Source: a virus (taxonomy: Duplodnaviria; Caudoviricetes). From it: a stretch of DNA of 38,435 bases. The notes under the pieces are model-generated. The model had not been told where the DNA came from. It saw only the letters and a list, made by a program, of their open reading frames with translations, and did not search any database. This document shows positions 24,775-34,344 of this stretch, in pieces (within the stretch, counting starts at the first letter, position 1; every line of letters starts with the position of its first letter). The translations under genes were made by a program, and so were the position numbers. The DNA is taken from IMG/VR virus record IMGVR_UViG_3300020045_006043, positions 1 to 38,435 of that record; one strand, 5' to 3'.

Positions 24775-25200
24775 TTATTCTACAACGTACATGACACTCA
24801 GATAGAGAGTGCCAGCCGCACCAGTAGCAGCGTTAGTGCTAGCCGTACCGGTGATCAGTGTCTTGGCTGTGTATTTATAGCCAAGGCCAGTGACTGCCAT
24901 TGCGCTGGATGCTGCACCAGTCTGGCCCACCGTTGACGCTGCAAACAGGCGATCTGGATCAACAGAATCACCAATGTTTAGCGCCAGCGATGGAGAGCCG
25001 CCCGTGTCCATATCCGTGCTTTCGAGATAGGCATGGAGAACGCGGGCGCCAGCAGGCAGATAGAAGAAATTGATCGTATCCGCTGTGCTAGGGGCCGCCG
25101 AACAGGCGACCTCAGCGTAGGCAGAAAGAACAACCTGTGCAGGACCACCAGCGGCAATGCCAGTTTTGTCACGGATTTTAACCGAATTATATGTAGCCAT
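24775..25200 (-). CDS. Capsid decoration / cement protein
   Basis: LPAGARV, DMDTG, LNIGD..DPDR; beta-rich; directly after the capsid gene. Confidence 0.75.
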   Translation of the reverse strand: MATYNSVKIRDKTGIAAGGPAQVVLSAYAEVACSAAPSTADTINFFYLPAGARVLHAYLESTDMDTGGSPSLALNIGDSVDPDRLFAASTVGQTGAASSAMAVTGLGYKYTAKTLITGTASTNAATGAAGTLYLSVMYVVE

Positions 25201-25212
25201 GTCAGCGGCTCC

Positions 25213-26316
25213 TTATACTTCTGCAGCAGGCGAAACAGTCGCCGTGCCAGTGGTTGCGAAAAAGCCGGTTACGACGCCATGATCCTTGAAAAAATCAGTG
25301 TCGTTAACGCCAGTACCGAAGATGATCTTGCGGACGCCGTAGATGCTATCAACCGCGATACCGTCCTTGTCGTCATAATCAAACTGCTGGGTTACAGTCT
25401 TCCAGCGCTTGGCGTAAGCAACAGCAAGAGCCTGCGCACCACACAGATAGACTGGCGTTACGTTGGTTGTGCCGCCAGAGCCAAGGTTGGCATAGATTGG
25501 CAAATCATCAACTTCCTTGACGATGGCGCCATTCCACATGATGTCGCCGCCTTCGAAAAGCTTGGACGCCTGCATCTCCACAACCGTATTCGCAAGCACT
25601 TCCGTATCAAGGCTGTCACGCAGATTCTTGAACGAATGTGGGTTTGCAAACACAACCCAATACCGCTTGCCGTTGCCCGGATCGCGCATAGGGCGAAGCT
25701 TTGGATTGGCAGTCTTGGCTTTCAAGATCATCGCATCGAGAGCGGTGAAATTGAACAAGTCAGCCGTGGTATCGAGCAACAGAAGATCTGCCGAAAGATC
25801 GGTCAAACCCGGAGAAGCAGCACCAAAGACTACACGGTCATTATTCTCTACCAACCATGAATCAGCGATAGAGGAAGTGCGCGACGTAAAGGCAGTGCCT
25901 TTGAGCGAACCGAGCGCCGTGATGATAAGATCGCGGGTGTCTTCCATCGCCCAATCAAGCAAGGTCGCACGTGCAGCCTGCCGAAGCGAGATAGCGGAAC
26001 GCTGCTCTGACATTTCAGCGACACGAACCGCATTGCGGCGCTTGTCCACATAAATGCGCATCGAGCGGGACGCCATGTCCTCTTCGTTGCCTTCCAGCGT
26101 AGCAGTGCCGGTTGTCGCATCGTTCTTGAGGCGATTCACCAGAGCAATAGTGATGCTATCGCCGCTCTTTTTGGTGAGGTCTTCCTTGACCTGAATAACA
26201 GCCGCTTCATTGGTTCCCATAAGAGCCTTGAAGCCGCCTTCCTGAATATATTCGGAGAAGAACTTGTCTTCCCACTGCTGGACAACCAATCCGGTTGCCG
26301 GTGTCGTATCTGCCAT
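25213..26316 (-). CDS. Major capsid protein (DUF4043 / N4-gp56-like)
   Basis: EDLTKKSGDSIT, LEGNEE, LCGAQAL, FDY, DHGVV motifs; follows the scaffold. Confidence 0.9.
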   Translation of the reverse strand: MADTTPATGLVVQQWEDKFFSEYIQEGGFKALMGTNEAAVIQVKEDLTKKSGDSITIALVNRLKNDATTGTATLEGNEEDMASRSMRIYVDKRRNAVRVAEMSEQRSAISLRQAARATLLDWAMEDTRDLIITALGSLKGTAFTSRTSSIADSWLVENNDRVVFGAASPGLTDLSADLLLLDTTADLFNFTALDAMILKAKTANPKLRPMRDPGNGKRYWVVFANPHSFKNLRDSLDTEVLANTVVEMQASKLFEGGDIMWNGAIVKEVDDLPIYANLGSGGTTNVTPVYLCGAQALAVAYAKRWKTVTQQFDYDDKDGIAVDSIYGVRKIIFGTGVNDTDFFKDHGVVTGFFATTGTATVSPAAEV

Positions 26317-26341
26317 GTTAAAATCCTTCTAAGGGAAAACA

Positions 26342-26355
26342 CCGTCTCACGACGG
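26342..26355 (-). promoter_or_regulatory. GNRA hairpin in the capsid-gene leader
   Basis: CCGTC-GTGA-GACGG on the - strand, between the scaffold stop and the capsid RBS. Confidence 0.5.
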
Positions 26356-26364
26356 GAAACTCAA

Positions 26365-27051
26365 TTAACCCAGAATATCCTCAAGTGGCTTCGGCCCGGT
26401 CCATCCCGGTCCGCCTCTACCGCCTTTACTCTGCGCGTTAGCTAAGGATGTTGGCGCTTTCAGCCCGATCTCCGCTTTCAATTCCTCTCGGATCTCAGCT
26501 TCAATCTGCGCACGAGTTTGTGCAGTTGTCAAACCCTTGGCCTCGTGAATTTTCTGCGCAACACCATAGGCATAAGCTGCCGGGTCTGGAGCACGCTTCA
26601 ATTCCTCAACCAAGAAAGGATTGGCCACAGCCGCTTCCTTAAACACATCTGCCATCTCGTCGTAATCATCCCACTTCTGCCGCGCCAGTGTCTCAGTAAT
26701 CTGGACCTTGGCTTCAAGGATACGGGTTTCAGCGCGTCCCATGATCTGTTGAGCGAATAGCTCTACTGGATCATCTTCTTCGACCTCACCACCTTGCTGC
26801 TGTGCATAATAGGCTTCAAACTGCTGCAAGCGTTCCTGCAATAGACGGGCATTTTCTTCTGCCGCCTGTCGCTTTGTCCGCTCATCCTTGAGGGCTGCTA
26901 CTGGTATGTGACTTTGTTCCGGCTCTTCGGATGCTGGCGGCTCATCCTGAGGTTCTTCAGCCTCTACGCCCTGTTCCTCAACCTGTGGCTCTTCGACTTC
27001 CGCCTCTTCACCACCACCGAGAATATCGCCCAAACTTGTGTCGTCTACCAT
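26365..27051 (-). CDS. Scaffolding protein
   Basis: Acidic N-terminus, IPVAALKDERTKRQ, DPAAYAY, APTSLA; upstream of the capsid gene. Confidence 0.85.
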   Translation of the reverse strand: MVDDTSLGDILGGGEEAEVEEPQVEEQGVEAEEPQDEPPASEEPEQSHIPVAALKDERTKRQAAEENARLLQERLQQFEAYYAQQQGGEVEEDDPVELFAQQIMGRAETRILEAKVQITETLARQKWDDYDEMADVFKEAAVANPFLVEELKRAPDPAAYAYGVAQKIHEAKGLTTAQTRAQIEAEIREELKAEIGLKAPTSLANAQSKGGRGGPGWTGPKPLEDILG

Positions 27052-27061
27052 ATAAACCCTT

Positions 27062-27134
27062 TTCAACCTTTAACGGCGTTGAACCGAACCGACCGTAGAG
27101 CGTCGTCCCCTTAGAAGCGCCCATAAGGTCGGCG
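27062..27134 (-). promoter_or_regulatory. Three-hairpin leader upstream of the scaffold gene
   Basis: CGCC-gaccttatg-GGCG, CGAC-gctctacg-GTCG and TTCAAC-gccgttaaag-GTTGAA, the last abutting the RBS. Confidence 0.45.
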
Positions 27135-27151
27135 GCACCATAAGTTGCATA

Positions 27152-27385
27152 TTACAACTTATCTCGTTGAACAGCAAGGGCATTAACTTGATCAACCCAT
27201 TGCCGCATTTCAGGCAATAATTCCGCATAAACTTCATCCGGTTCGCGGGTTGTGGCGCGAAAAGCATTGCGCACACGCTTATCATCCGCGGCTCTGATCG
27301 CTATCGCATATTGAGAGCCTAAATCGAACGTCTCAAGAGAATAAACAAACCCCGGCATTTCCGGGCAGTCCAACCACTCTGTCAT
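27152..27385 (-). CDS. Hypothetical protein
   Basis: ATGA overlap with the portal stop. Confidence 0.6.
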   Translation of the reverse strand: MTEWLDCPEMPGFVYSLETFDLGSQYAIAIRAADDKRVRNAFRATTREPDEVYAELLPEMRQWVDQVNALAVQRDKL

Positions 27386-29274
27386 AAAAGCCCCATCATT
27401 GCCGTAACATTGGCCTGCCGCGCCTTCTCAGCCTCTGCCAGAGCTTTTGTCTGCGCGTTCTGCATATCCGTCACAACGCCAGCCTTCTTGGCCTCAGCAT
27501 CAGCGATGTTGCGAATAGCCTCGCTTTCCTTTTTATTAATATCAGCCTCAGCATCACGCATCTGCATTTGCTGCATCATCTGCATTTCAGGCGTTGGCTG
27601 CTCTTGCTTACCCTTCATGTTCTCGATGATCTCAAGCAGCTTATCCTTGTCGCGCAGGCTGGACGCTGTAACCAGTAATTCCAGCGCCTCAGGCGGTAGC
27701 TGAGTCATGGCAGGCATCATCTTGCTCAGCATGTCAAACTGTTCAGCGGCTACCGTTGGTGTGTCCATGCCCTCATCGATCACAATATCAACGTCCATTT
27801 CCACGACATTGTTCTCGATCTCGACAACGGCATTGGCCATTGGATCACGCGCCAGCATCGCAAGCTTCATCTGCGCATCTGGATCGCCCTGCAAGCGCTC
27901 CTCTGCCACTTGCATCATGGTCTTGGGGATATTCAGGCCAGCCCAACGGATATTACGCTCATCATCCGTTATACGCATCCAGCGGGGGGCATCCCAATAT
28001 TGCTTAATGCGTGCCCATATCGAGCGATACACGTCAAGAGATAGCCCTCGCAATCGATCCATTAGGTGAGCGACTTCAACCATGCCACCTTGCTGCTGTG
28101 CAAGGATAGCGCGACCGGATGCATCGTTCTCGTTCTTGCCTGCCAATGCCGCGTTAGCGCCTAACAGGTCAATCTCGGACTTGGCTTCCTGCAATAGCTG
28201 GAAATTGGCAGCCGCCATATCGCCGGTTTGCAGAACCTCGACTTCCCCCGGATCACCGAATAATACACCATCGGCCTTAGACAGCTCACGTTTGATCTCG
28301 GACGGGTCCATGCCACCAGAGCCAGCAGACACACCGCGAGAGACGCGCACCTGACGTGTGCTGATAAGATGCAGGCCTTTTGAGCGGCGCTTGTTAATCT
28401 CATCTTGCGGGCTAATCATCATGCGGACTTCGCCATAACGGTTATTGTCACGGTCCACATAGAGCGAGGCAACCTTAATCGGACACTCTGGCTGGCCATC
28501 AACATCAAGATATGGCGACGGGGCAGGTTCGACTAAAAACCCACCTTTCGTGTAAAAGCAATAGAGCCAATCACCGTCTGGACCGAGGTAATATTCCTCG
28601 TTAATCCGCACACGCTTGCGCTTGTAATCCGCCCATATGTTAAACTTAGGCCGGTCATCATAGGTTTCCGTGTTGCGCGCCTGCGACCATGTTTCCTCGA
28701 TCAGTTCATCTTTGCCGGGGAATTTACGCTTTGCCTCTTCTACGTCCATCCATGTGACAATACCCTGATAAGTCGCATCAGACATGTCATGTTCGTAGGA
28801 GTATGGGTCATAGTAATGACGATCCCACGGGATTTTAACGATGGTCGGATCAACGCCGGTTTTTGTTTCCTGCACGCCGATCATAATGGCGCATGAACCT
28901 TCCACCAGCAGATAGTCAAATGCAGCCGAACGCTTTCTATCCCAGTCCTGATCGTCGCAGACATAGCGCAACGCATCTGTCGCAGCCTGTGCCGATCCAT
29001 CATCCTTTGGTGTGCGCGGGAAAGCTTTCGGGTCTTTACGCATTTGCGTTTCAAGGCCCTTGAGGAAATTGACCTTGCGCTGAATACGGTTGTAGATGAC
29101 TGGCGGCTGACCACGCTTCTTGAGCGCAGACAGCTCCGACGCGGTTAACTGCTTGCCGTTGGTGTAATCCCTGTCGCGCTCCGCCAATTCACGGGCTTCG
29201 GACATGCTATCCTCTGCCTCTTCGAAGCGCCGCGTGTGGTGGCCAATATCATATGCGTTCACGCCGCTTTCCAT
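27382..29274 (-). CDS. Portal protein (P22-like)
   Basis: RGQPPVIYNRI, YYDP, SPQDEINKRRSK, SGRAILAQQ, and a Gln-rich C-terminal barrel. Confidence 0.92.
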   Translation of the reverse strand: MESGVNAYDIGHHTRRFEEAEDSMSEARELAERDRDYTNGKQLTASELSALKKRGQPPVIYNRIQRKVNFLKGLETQMRKDPKAFPRTPKDDGSAQAATDALRYVCDDQDWDRKRSAAFDYLLVEGSCAIMIGVQETKTGVDPTIVKIPWDRHYYDPYSYEHDMSDATYQGIVTWMDVEEAKRKFPGKDELIEETWSQARNTETYDDRPKFNIWADYKRKRVRINEEYYLGPDGDWLYCFYTKGGFLVEPAPSPYLDVDGQPECPIKVASLYVDRDNNRYGEVRMMISPQDEINKRRSKGLHLISTRQVRVSRGVSAGSGGMDPSEIKRELSKADGVLFGDPGEVEVLQTGDMAAANFQLLQEAKSEIDLLGANAALAGKNENDASGRAILAQQQGGMVEVAHLMDRLRGLSLDVYRSIWARIKQYWDAPRWMRITDDERNIRWAGLNIPKTMMQVAEERLQGDPDAQMKLAMLARDPMANAVVEIENNVVEMDVDIVIDEGMDTPTVAAEQFDMLSKMMPAMTQLPPEALELLVTASSLRDKDKLLEIIENMKGKQEQPTPEMQMMQQMQMRDAEADINKKESEAIRNIADAEAKKAGVVTDMQNAQTKALAEAEKARQANVTAMMGLL

Positions 29275-30530
29275 GCGCCATCGTCCTCATTGGTTTTGCG
29301 AAACGCACGATCCCAACGGTCATGCGGTTTTTTCGTAGCGTCTGCTTTAGGCTTATAACCTGTTCTGCGCAATTCTTCTAGTGCATAGCGTAGAGCGTCA
29401 ATTGTGTGGTTATTCTTGTCGTCAAGACACGGTAATATCTCTTCGGTCTGTGGATCAACCTTGTAACTGTAGAGCGTCAATTCCTCCACGACCTTCTTGC
29501 AGCGAGGATGCACGATAATATCAAACGAGCGCAGAAACTCTATGCCATCCTCAATTGATCCGGGGCCTTTGATCGCCTGTGTTATCCTGAAACCCTGCCG
29601 CTTCATATAGCTTACCGTCTCAGGTCTGGCGCTATCAGCGCGAATGAGCCACTTTCGCGCACCTTCAATTGTATCGAATAGAGCTGGCGTCTTGTCTATC
29701 TCGCAGCCCACCTGCCAAGCTTCGCGGTCCACATAGAGCTTCCGGCCATCAACATAACATCGCACCAACACCGTAGGATCAACAGCAAAGCCCCAATCGG
29801 CACCAAAGCGGAAAACAGCATCGGAAGGCGGCGTGAACTCTTCCACAATCCAGTTACGAAACACCCTCGCTTCGCTGTTCATGCTGTACTTGCCTTCCCA
29901 GACATGCAGAAACTTATCAGGGTCGCGCCTGCGATCATCCTCAAGGTCAGCCTTAAGCTCTGGTGGCAACCAAGGATTATCGTTGTAATTGACCTCGAGC
30001 ACAACAGCACCAGTTGGCGGATTGGATCCGCGCAACAGCACGTCAACAGGGTCGGTAGGTTTGGCAGGGTTCCAGCTAAACCAAAGCTCAGACCCCGGCT
30101 TGCGGATTGTTGGCCGCAACAGGTCTAAGCTGCGCTGCGATAGTGATTGCGCTTCCTCAACCCACGCAACATCAAAACCCTCCAACGACTTAATGCTGTC
30201 AGCCGTGTGGTTTTGCATGCCTTGGAAAATAATAACACCGCCGCCGGGTGTTCTGATCTCAGCCTCTAATATCTCGAATTGGCTGATAACACCAAGCTTG
30301 CGGATTTTATCTTCCACTAACAGCTTCACCGAGTTTTTAAGGGACTTCTGCACTTCACGAACGCAAGCGGCTCTGGTGCCGGGTTCCATGATGCATCGTT
30401 CTATCAGTAATTCAGCAAAGAAATGGCTCTTGCCCGATCCTCGCCCACCATGCGCACCCTTATAGCGCGAGGGCTTGAGGAAAGGCGCAAACTTACGCGG
30501 GGTCTGTATCTGTAGGATCGACAATGACAC
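29259..30530 (-). CDS. terL: Terminase large subunit (PBSX/Terminase_3 type)
   Basis: HGGRGSGKS Walker A, WVEEA Walker B, FSWNP, GADWGF, DSARP, NHTIDALRYA. Confidence 0.95.
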   Translation of the reverse strand: MSLSILQIQTPRKFAPFLKPSRYKGAHGGRGSGKSHFFAELLIERCIMEPGTRAACVREVQKSLKNSVKLLVEDKIRKLGVISQFEILEAEIRTPGGGVIIFQGMQNHTADSIKSLEGFDVAWVEEAQSLSQRSLDLLRPTIRKPGSELWFSWNPAKPTDPVDVLLRGSNPPTGAVVLEVNYNDNPWLPPELKADLEDDRRRDPDKFLHVWEGKYSMNSEARVFRNWIVEEFTPPSDAVFRFGADWGFAVDPTVLVRCYVDGRKLYVDREAWQVGCEIDKTPALFDTIEGARKWLIRADSARPETVSYMKRQGFRITQAIKGPGSIEDGIEFLRSFDIIVHPRCKKVVEELTLYSYKVDPQTEEILPCLDDKNNHTIDALRYALEELRRTGYKPKADATKKPHDRWDRAFRKTNEDDGAWKAA

Positions 30531-30891
30531 GCTCTATGCGTTGTGTAGTCTGGATAGGAGCACCATCCTTGCCAGTCAATTCCGTACCCTTAACTTCGCG
30601 CCAATCAGCCGGGAAACGAGCCGCCATCGAGCGGCTGTAAAGCGATGCTTGGAACCTATCAGCAGTGAGGTTTGTGCGGCCCTGTGTCTCCCACCAAGCC
30701 TGAGAAAGCTCCATTGCATGTGTAAAGGCTTGCGAAAACTCTGGGTGTGCAGATGGCCAGTCGCGCTCTAATGTTGTGCGTCCTAGCGACAGTTCTGCGC
30801 ACATTTCAATGACCGACATGCCTTGGCGACCTAGCTCTACAACCTTGTCGCAATAAGCTGGGTCATATGTTGTTGGACGGCCTCCAGCCAT
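30493..30891 (-). CDS. terS: Terminase small subunit
   Basis: GRPTTYDPAYC N-terminus, HTH, HPEFS, ELTGKDGAPI; directly upstream of TerL. Confidence 0.88.
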   Translation of the reverse strand: MAGGRPTTYDPAYCDKVVELGRQGMSVIEMCAELSLGRTTLERDWPSAHPEFSQAFTHAMELSQAWWETQGRTNLTADRFQASLYSRSMAARFPADWREVKGTELTGKDGAPIQTTQRIERVIVDPTDTDPA

Positions 30892-30898
30892 TAATCAC

Positions 30899-31180
30899 CT
30901 ACGCCGTAATCACTGCGATTTTATCGCCGGGGTTTACCTCAATATCAATGAAGCCCGTTGCCTTGAGTAGCAACCCTGTTGCCGTCGCCGTCGGGTTTGT
31001 GCCGAATGCCAAGCGCACATCTTCCTCAGCCTCTATGCGTGCGATTGTCGCGCCCGGTGGTGTTGCACCAGTCTGTGCAGATGTTCCTGATACTGATCGC
31101 GTCTCTGCGCCAATGAACCCGCGATAGATTGGAGTGGCATGGCCACCACGTCCGGCAAAATATGCAATCTGTAAAGCCAT
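30899..31180 (-). CDS. Small beta-rich virion protein (candidate head-spike base)
   Basis: SGTSAQ..ARIEAEEDVRLAFGTNPTAT...V.PGDKIAVI; first gene after the late promoter. Confidence 0.6.
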   Translation of the reverse strand: MALQIAYFAGRGGHATPIYRGFIGAETRSVSGTSAQTGATPPGATIARIEAEEDVRLAFGTNPTATATGLLLKATGFIDIEVNPGDKIAVITA

Positions 31181-31205
31181 GACAATCCCTATATGTTGAT
31201 ACCGC

Positions 31206-31234
31206 ACAATACGCGATGCTGGTGTTAAATGCAA
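31206..31234 (-). promoter_or_regulatory. Candidate late-operon promoter
   Basis: TTGCAT-N17-TATTGT on the - strand, about 25 nt upstream of ATG 31180. Confidence 0.55.
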
Positions 31235-31542
31235 GGCGTTGGATAAACCCTCATGCCTCTTGTTGCGCGCTGCCTGTTGATCGCATTAACCTTTAGATCA
31301 TATATGCGGACAGCTTCATTGATCTCTCGCTCCATCCTAAGGCGATCAATATACAATTCAACCAACCAATCCCGCTGCCAAGCACTATCTATGGCCTCGT
31401 CCAGCGTATCCTTTTCAGGATCAACCTTTCCACCCCACCCCTCTTGATCGCTAGTAGCGAAAAACATAATTGTTAAAATTATGAAGAATGTAACACACCC
31501 CACCAATACACTTAGCGCCATCGGATTTACGTAACTCACCAC
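31225..31542 (-). CDS. Hypothetical protein with N-terminal TM helix
   Basis: GGAGATAG upstream; hydrophobic N-terminus. Confidence 0.65.
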   Translation of the reverse strand: MVSYVNPMALSVLVGCVTFFIILTIMFFATSDQEGWGGKVDPEKDTLDEAIDSAWQRDWLVELYIDRLRMEREINEAVRIYDLKVNAINRQRATRGMRVYPTPCI

Positions 31543-31696
31543 CTATCTCCCTCTAAAAGCAAGGCTTCCAACCTTAACCTTAATCTACCGCACACGAGTA
31601 ACCGCTCAATGTGCAGCGCTGGCAGGTTTTCCCCTAAACGGGAGGTTGGATTTTTAGGCTACGCCTGCAATAGCCCGTATGCGCCAGCTATGAAAC

Positions 31697-32074
31697 TTAT
31701 TGTGCCATGTCTTGTGGCTTATCATCGATCTGTTTGTCAAGCCAATGATCCAACGCTTTCATCGCCTTTGTGGCTGTGGGTGTTGCCAGAGCCTTCTCGC
31801 CCATTTCCGATGCCGCGATTGCATAAATGGTGTTTTCTGATGGAAAAATGGCCTTAACGCACAGCATGGACAAAAACACAATAATCGATGTTTTTAGTAT
31901 TTTGCGATTAGCACCCAATTGTTCATCGGTTGCGCCACAATCAAGCATTGGCAAAAACACAAAGGCCGATACTAAGGCGACAAAGGCCGAAACAAGGACT
32001 AAAATTCCTGCAGAATTATTCACACTGCCGAACACGTCAGCGGCATATAATAACCATGATAGACTATTCATCAC
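31697..32074 (-). CDS. Membrane protein (2-3 TM)
   Basis: NSLSWLLYAADV ... PSENTIYAIAASEMGE pattern. Confidence 0.8.
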   Translation of the reverse strand: MMNSLSWLLYAADVFGSVNNSAGILVLVSAFVALVSAFVFLPMLDCGATDEQLGANRKILKTSIIVFLSMLCVKAIFPSENTIYAIAASEMGEKALATPTATKAMKALDHWLDKQIDDKPQDMAQ

Positions 32075-32271
32075 ACAACCTTCCTAATCACAGAGCTTTC
32101 CCCGCTTTTGCGATATTGCTTAAGTGCAAATTCCGCAGCTTGTTTGTGCGTATCAAATTTCCACCTTGTTTGAGGCGATGAGGTCCACCTATGCATATTA
32201 TACTCCGGCGGCATTTCCATCGGTAACGGCCTCGAAGATGTCACAAAACAATAATGTTCGTCAGTCATCAC
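32071..32271 (-). CDS. Hypothetical protein
   Basis: Overlaps both neighbours; GAGG RBS. Confidence 0.65.
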   Translation of the reverse strand: MMTDEHYCFVTSSRPLPMEMPPEYNMHRWTSSPQTRWKFDTHKQAAEFALKQYRKSGESSVIRKVV

Positions 32272-32921
32272 ATCACCTCTGGTTTAATGTTGTATTTGTT
32301 AAGTGTTGCGACGATCATTCGCAGCAACGGCCAGTTTTCACACTCTCCAGCACGCATTGAATCAGCATAGCTTTGCATATTGCGGATCTCAAAGTTATTC
32401 GCCACAATCTCCCGCGCCTCTTTCAGCCGCCACTCTGCCAGTTCTTCCGTGGTGAGGGTGTAGGGCCTTTCATCTCCCATACCCTCTTTTAGCGCCCGTA
32501 TAACACCCAAAATTGAATATTCGCCATCCCAGTCGCCGTTGATAATGTCATCACCATCTGACTGATCTACCACCGTTGCCAATATCTCCCTCGCCCGTTT
32601 CAGATATGGATCAACCGGTGCAAGGTCGGGATATTTCGCGACGGCGGCAGCTTTCCACGCTCGGAGTTGCTCAACTTGAAGCTCAAGCTCCTCTCCACTC
32701 ACAAACTCGTTGTCATATAGCATCTCTTCCGGCCTATTGCGTAAGGGTGGGCATTGGTCATCAAAGTGAAGGCCCCTCTCAGTAAACACATTAAAATCTG
32801 GTACCCCACCATTCTCATATTCGATGTTATACCAACTACCAAGGCGAGGCTTTCCCTCCCTCAGCTTCACCGGCGTACCATCGTGCAGCATCAGCGGTTT
32901 GTTTATGTCAAAGTTAGTCAT
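32268..32921 (-). CDS. Hypothetical protein, partial paralogue of 33125..34147
   Basis: FDINKPLMLHDGTPV...CPPLRN domain; AKYPDL motif. Confidence 0.8.
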   Translation of the reverse strand: MTNFDINKPLMLHDGTPVKLREGKPRLGSWYNIEYENGGVPDFNVFTERGLHFDDQCPPLRNRPEEMLYDNEFVSGEELELQVEQLRAWKAAAVAKYPDLAPVDPYLKRAREILATVVDQSDGDDIINGDWDGEYSILGVIRALKEGMGDERPYTLTTEELAEWRLKEAREIVANNFEIRNMQSYADSMRAGECENWPLLRMIVATLNKYNIKPEVM

Positions 32922-32925
32922 TGGC

Positions 32926-33132
32926 TTAATCCTTAGCTTTCAGATATGCTTGATATTCAGCGACGGCTGTAGGGTTTTTCCAACCATCCCACGGCGGTTG
33001 TGGTGGGCCGAATGAAGGGCATGGCCCCGTTTTACAAGCGCCTGTACAATGACACTCCTGAATTCGAGCATATTTCTCCAAATACTGCTCTGGGATTGGT
33101 GTGCCATCCGTGTAGTGGGTGTATTTACCCAT
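32926..33132 (-). CDS. Small Cys-rich hypothetical protein
   Basis: CHCTGACKTGPC cluster; GGAG RBS before ATG 33132. Confidence 0.65.
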   Translation of the reverse strand: MGKYTHYTDGTPIPEQYLEKYARIQECHCTGACKTGPCPSFGPPQPPWDGWKNPTAVAEYQAYLKAKD

Positions 33133-34147
33133 TACGCTTCTCCCATGCGTAGAGTAGGCCGACACCTGTATCTGTATCAGACAAGTCAATCTCATCCACA
33201 AGCCAGCCTATATCTGCAGCCGCCGCAAAAGCCAAAATTTCATCCTTAAGCGCCCGGTCTGGATCAGGCACCAAGTCTGGATGCTTCGCCCGTGCGGCTT
33301 CGAGTTCTTCCTCAGCGGCAGTCAGTGAGGACCGCAAACGATCATTATCATGGATAAGCGCTGCTATCTCTGCATCGCGTGGATCGACAGCGGGTGAAAC
33401 ATGACCCAACGACGTCGGCTTGCCCTTAGGCCAAACGTCAATCCATGACTCTAGCGTAGCCTTATCCGGAAAATCAGAGTAATGCCCCTCATCCTCCGAA
33501 AAATCAGGCTCAAAACCCCGACGCTGCATAAAATCGCTATGAGGCTCTGCCACAAAATTGCGCAATGGTGGGCAATGGCCGGAAACATGTGAGCCATCAG
33601 CGCGAAACCACTTATACGGGATAGGAAGGCCATCATCCTCTGATTTAACCTTGTAGATTCCCTCTGCGGTCAATTTCTTGTAGATCCTGACAGGCGTCCC
33701 ATCGTGATATTCAAGGTGCCTGTTTATATCAAAATCAACCTCAACACCCGGCAAATCCTCCATTAATTCCTTGATGTATTTCTTTTCGCCAAACTCCACA
33801 CCCTTCTTGCGGTATCCAATGATGTCGCTTCCATCCCCCCTATGCTGCCAACTTATGGCATAATTAATTGTAGAGGCCCCATTTCGCAAAATAATTGCCC
33901 TGCGATCACCATCCCAATCATCCGGCGCTGTGTCACCACCAGCCCAAGGCCAGTAGCCTCGCTCAATTACGCTATTAGCCCAATGGTCAGCGGGCAGGCG
34001 GATCGTTGCTACGTTTTTCCAATAAATGTTGGAAATGGGCGTTACACGATCCTCCCATCCCGCGATATTGGTGACGCGAATTTCTCCATCATCCGCCAGC
34101 CATTTAGGCCGCTTGCCGTTTACTTCAATCTCTGGTCCGTATGTCAT
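33125..34147 (-). CDS. Multidomain hypothetical early protein
   Basis: YGPEIEVNGKRP.WL, PWAGGD.APDDWDG, DIIGYR, an HDGTPV domain and a coiled coil; TGATG overlap. Confidence 0.8.
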   Translation of the reverse strand: MTYGPEIEVNGKRPKWLADDGEIRVTNIAGWEDRVTPISNIYWKNVATIRLPADHWANSVIERGYWPWAGGDTAPDDWDGDRRAIILRNGASTINYAISWQHRGDGSDIIGYRKKGVEFGEKKYIKELMEDLPGVEVDFDINRHLEYHDGTPVRIYKKLTAEGIYKVKSEDDGLPIPYKWFRADGSHVSGHCPPLRNFVAEPHSDFMQRRGFEPDFSEDEGHYSDFPDKATLESWIDVWPKGKPTSLGHVSPAVDPRDAEIAALIHDNDRLRSSLTAAEEELEAARAKHPDLVPDPDRALKDEILAFAAAADIGWLVDEIDLSDTDTGVGLLYAWEKRNG

Positions 34148-34344
34148 CAGAAAATCTCCCACCATTTCTTTTTGACCTTCAAACGTGCAATCTGAAAGTC
34201 AAGCTCAGTTCCTAAAAGCTTCAAACGTAGAACTTCCTCCATATTTTGTTGAATGCAAGCATGTTGCTCATTGATAACTGCGATCAACTCGTCACGGCTC
34301 ATATCCACCAACGGGACGCCTCTGTAGCTGTGCACCGGCATCAC
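34147..34344 (-). CDS. Hypothetical protein
   Basis: Overlapping start and stop codons; KKWW tail. Confidence 0.65.
   Translation of the reverse strand: MMPVHSYRGVPLVDMSRDELIAVINEQHACIQQNMEEVLRLKLLGTELDFQIARLKVKKKWWEIF

Noticed and set aside
25033-25860. 275-aa + strand ORF
   Set aside because: Antisense shadow of the capsid and decoration genes
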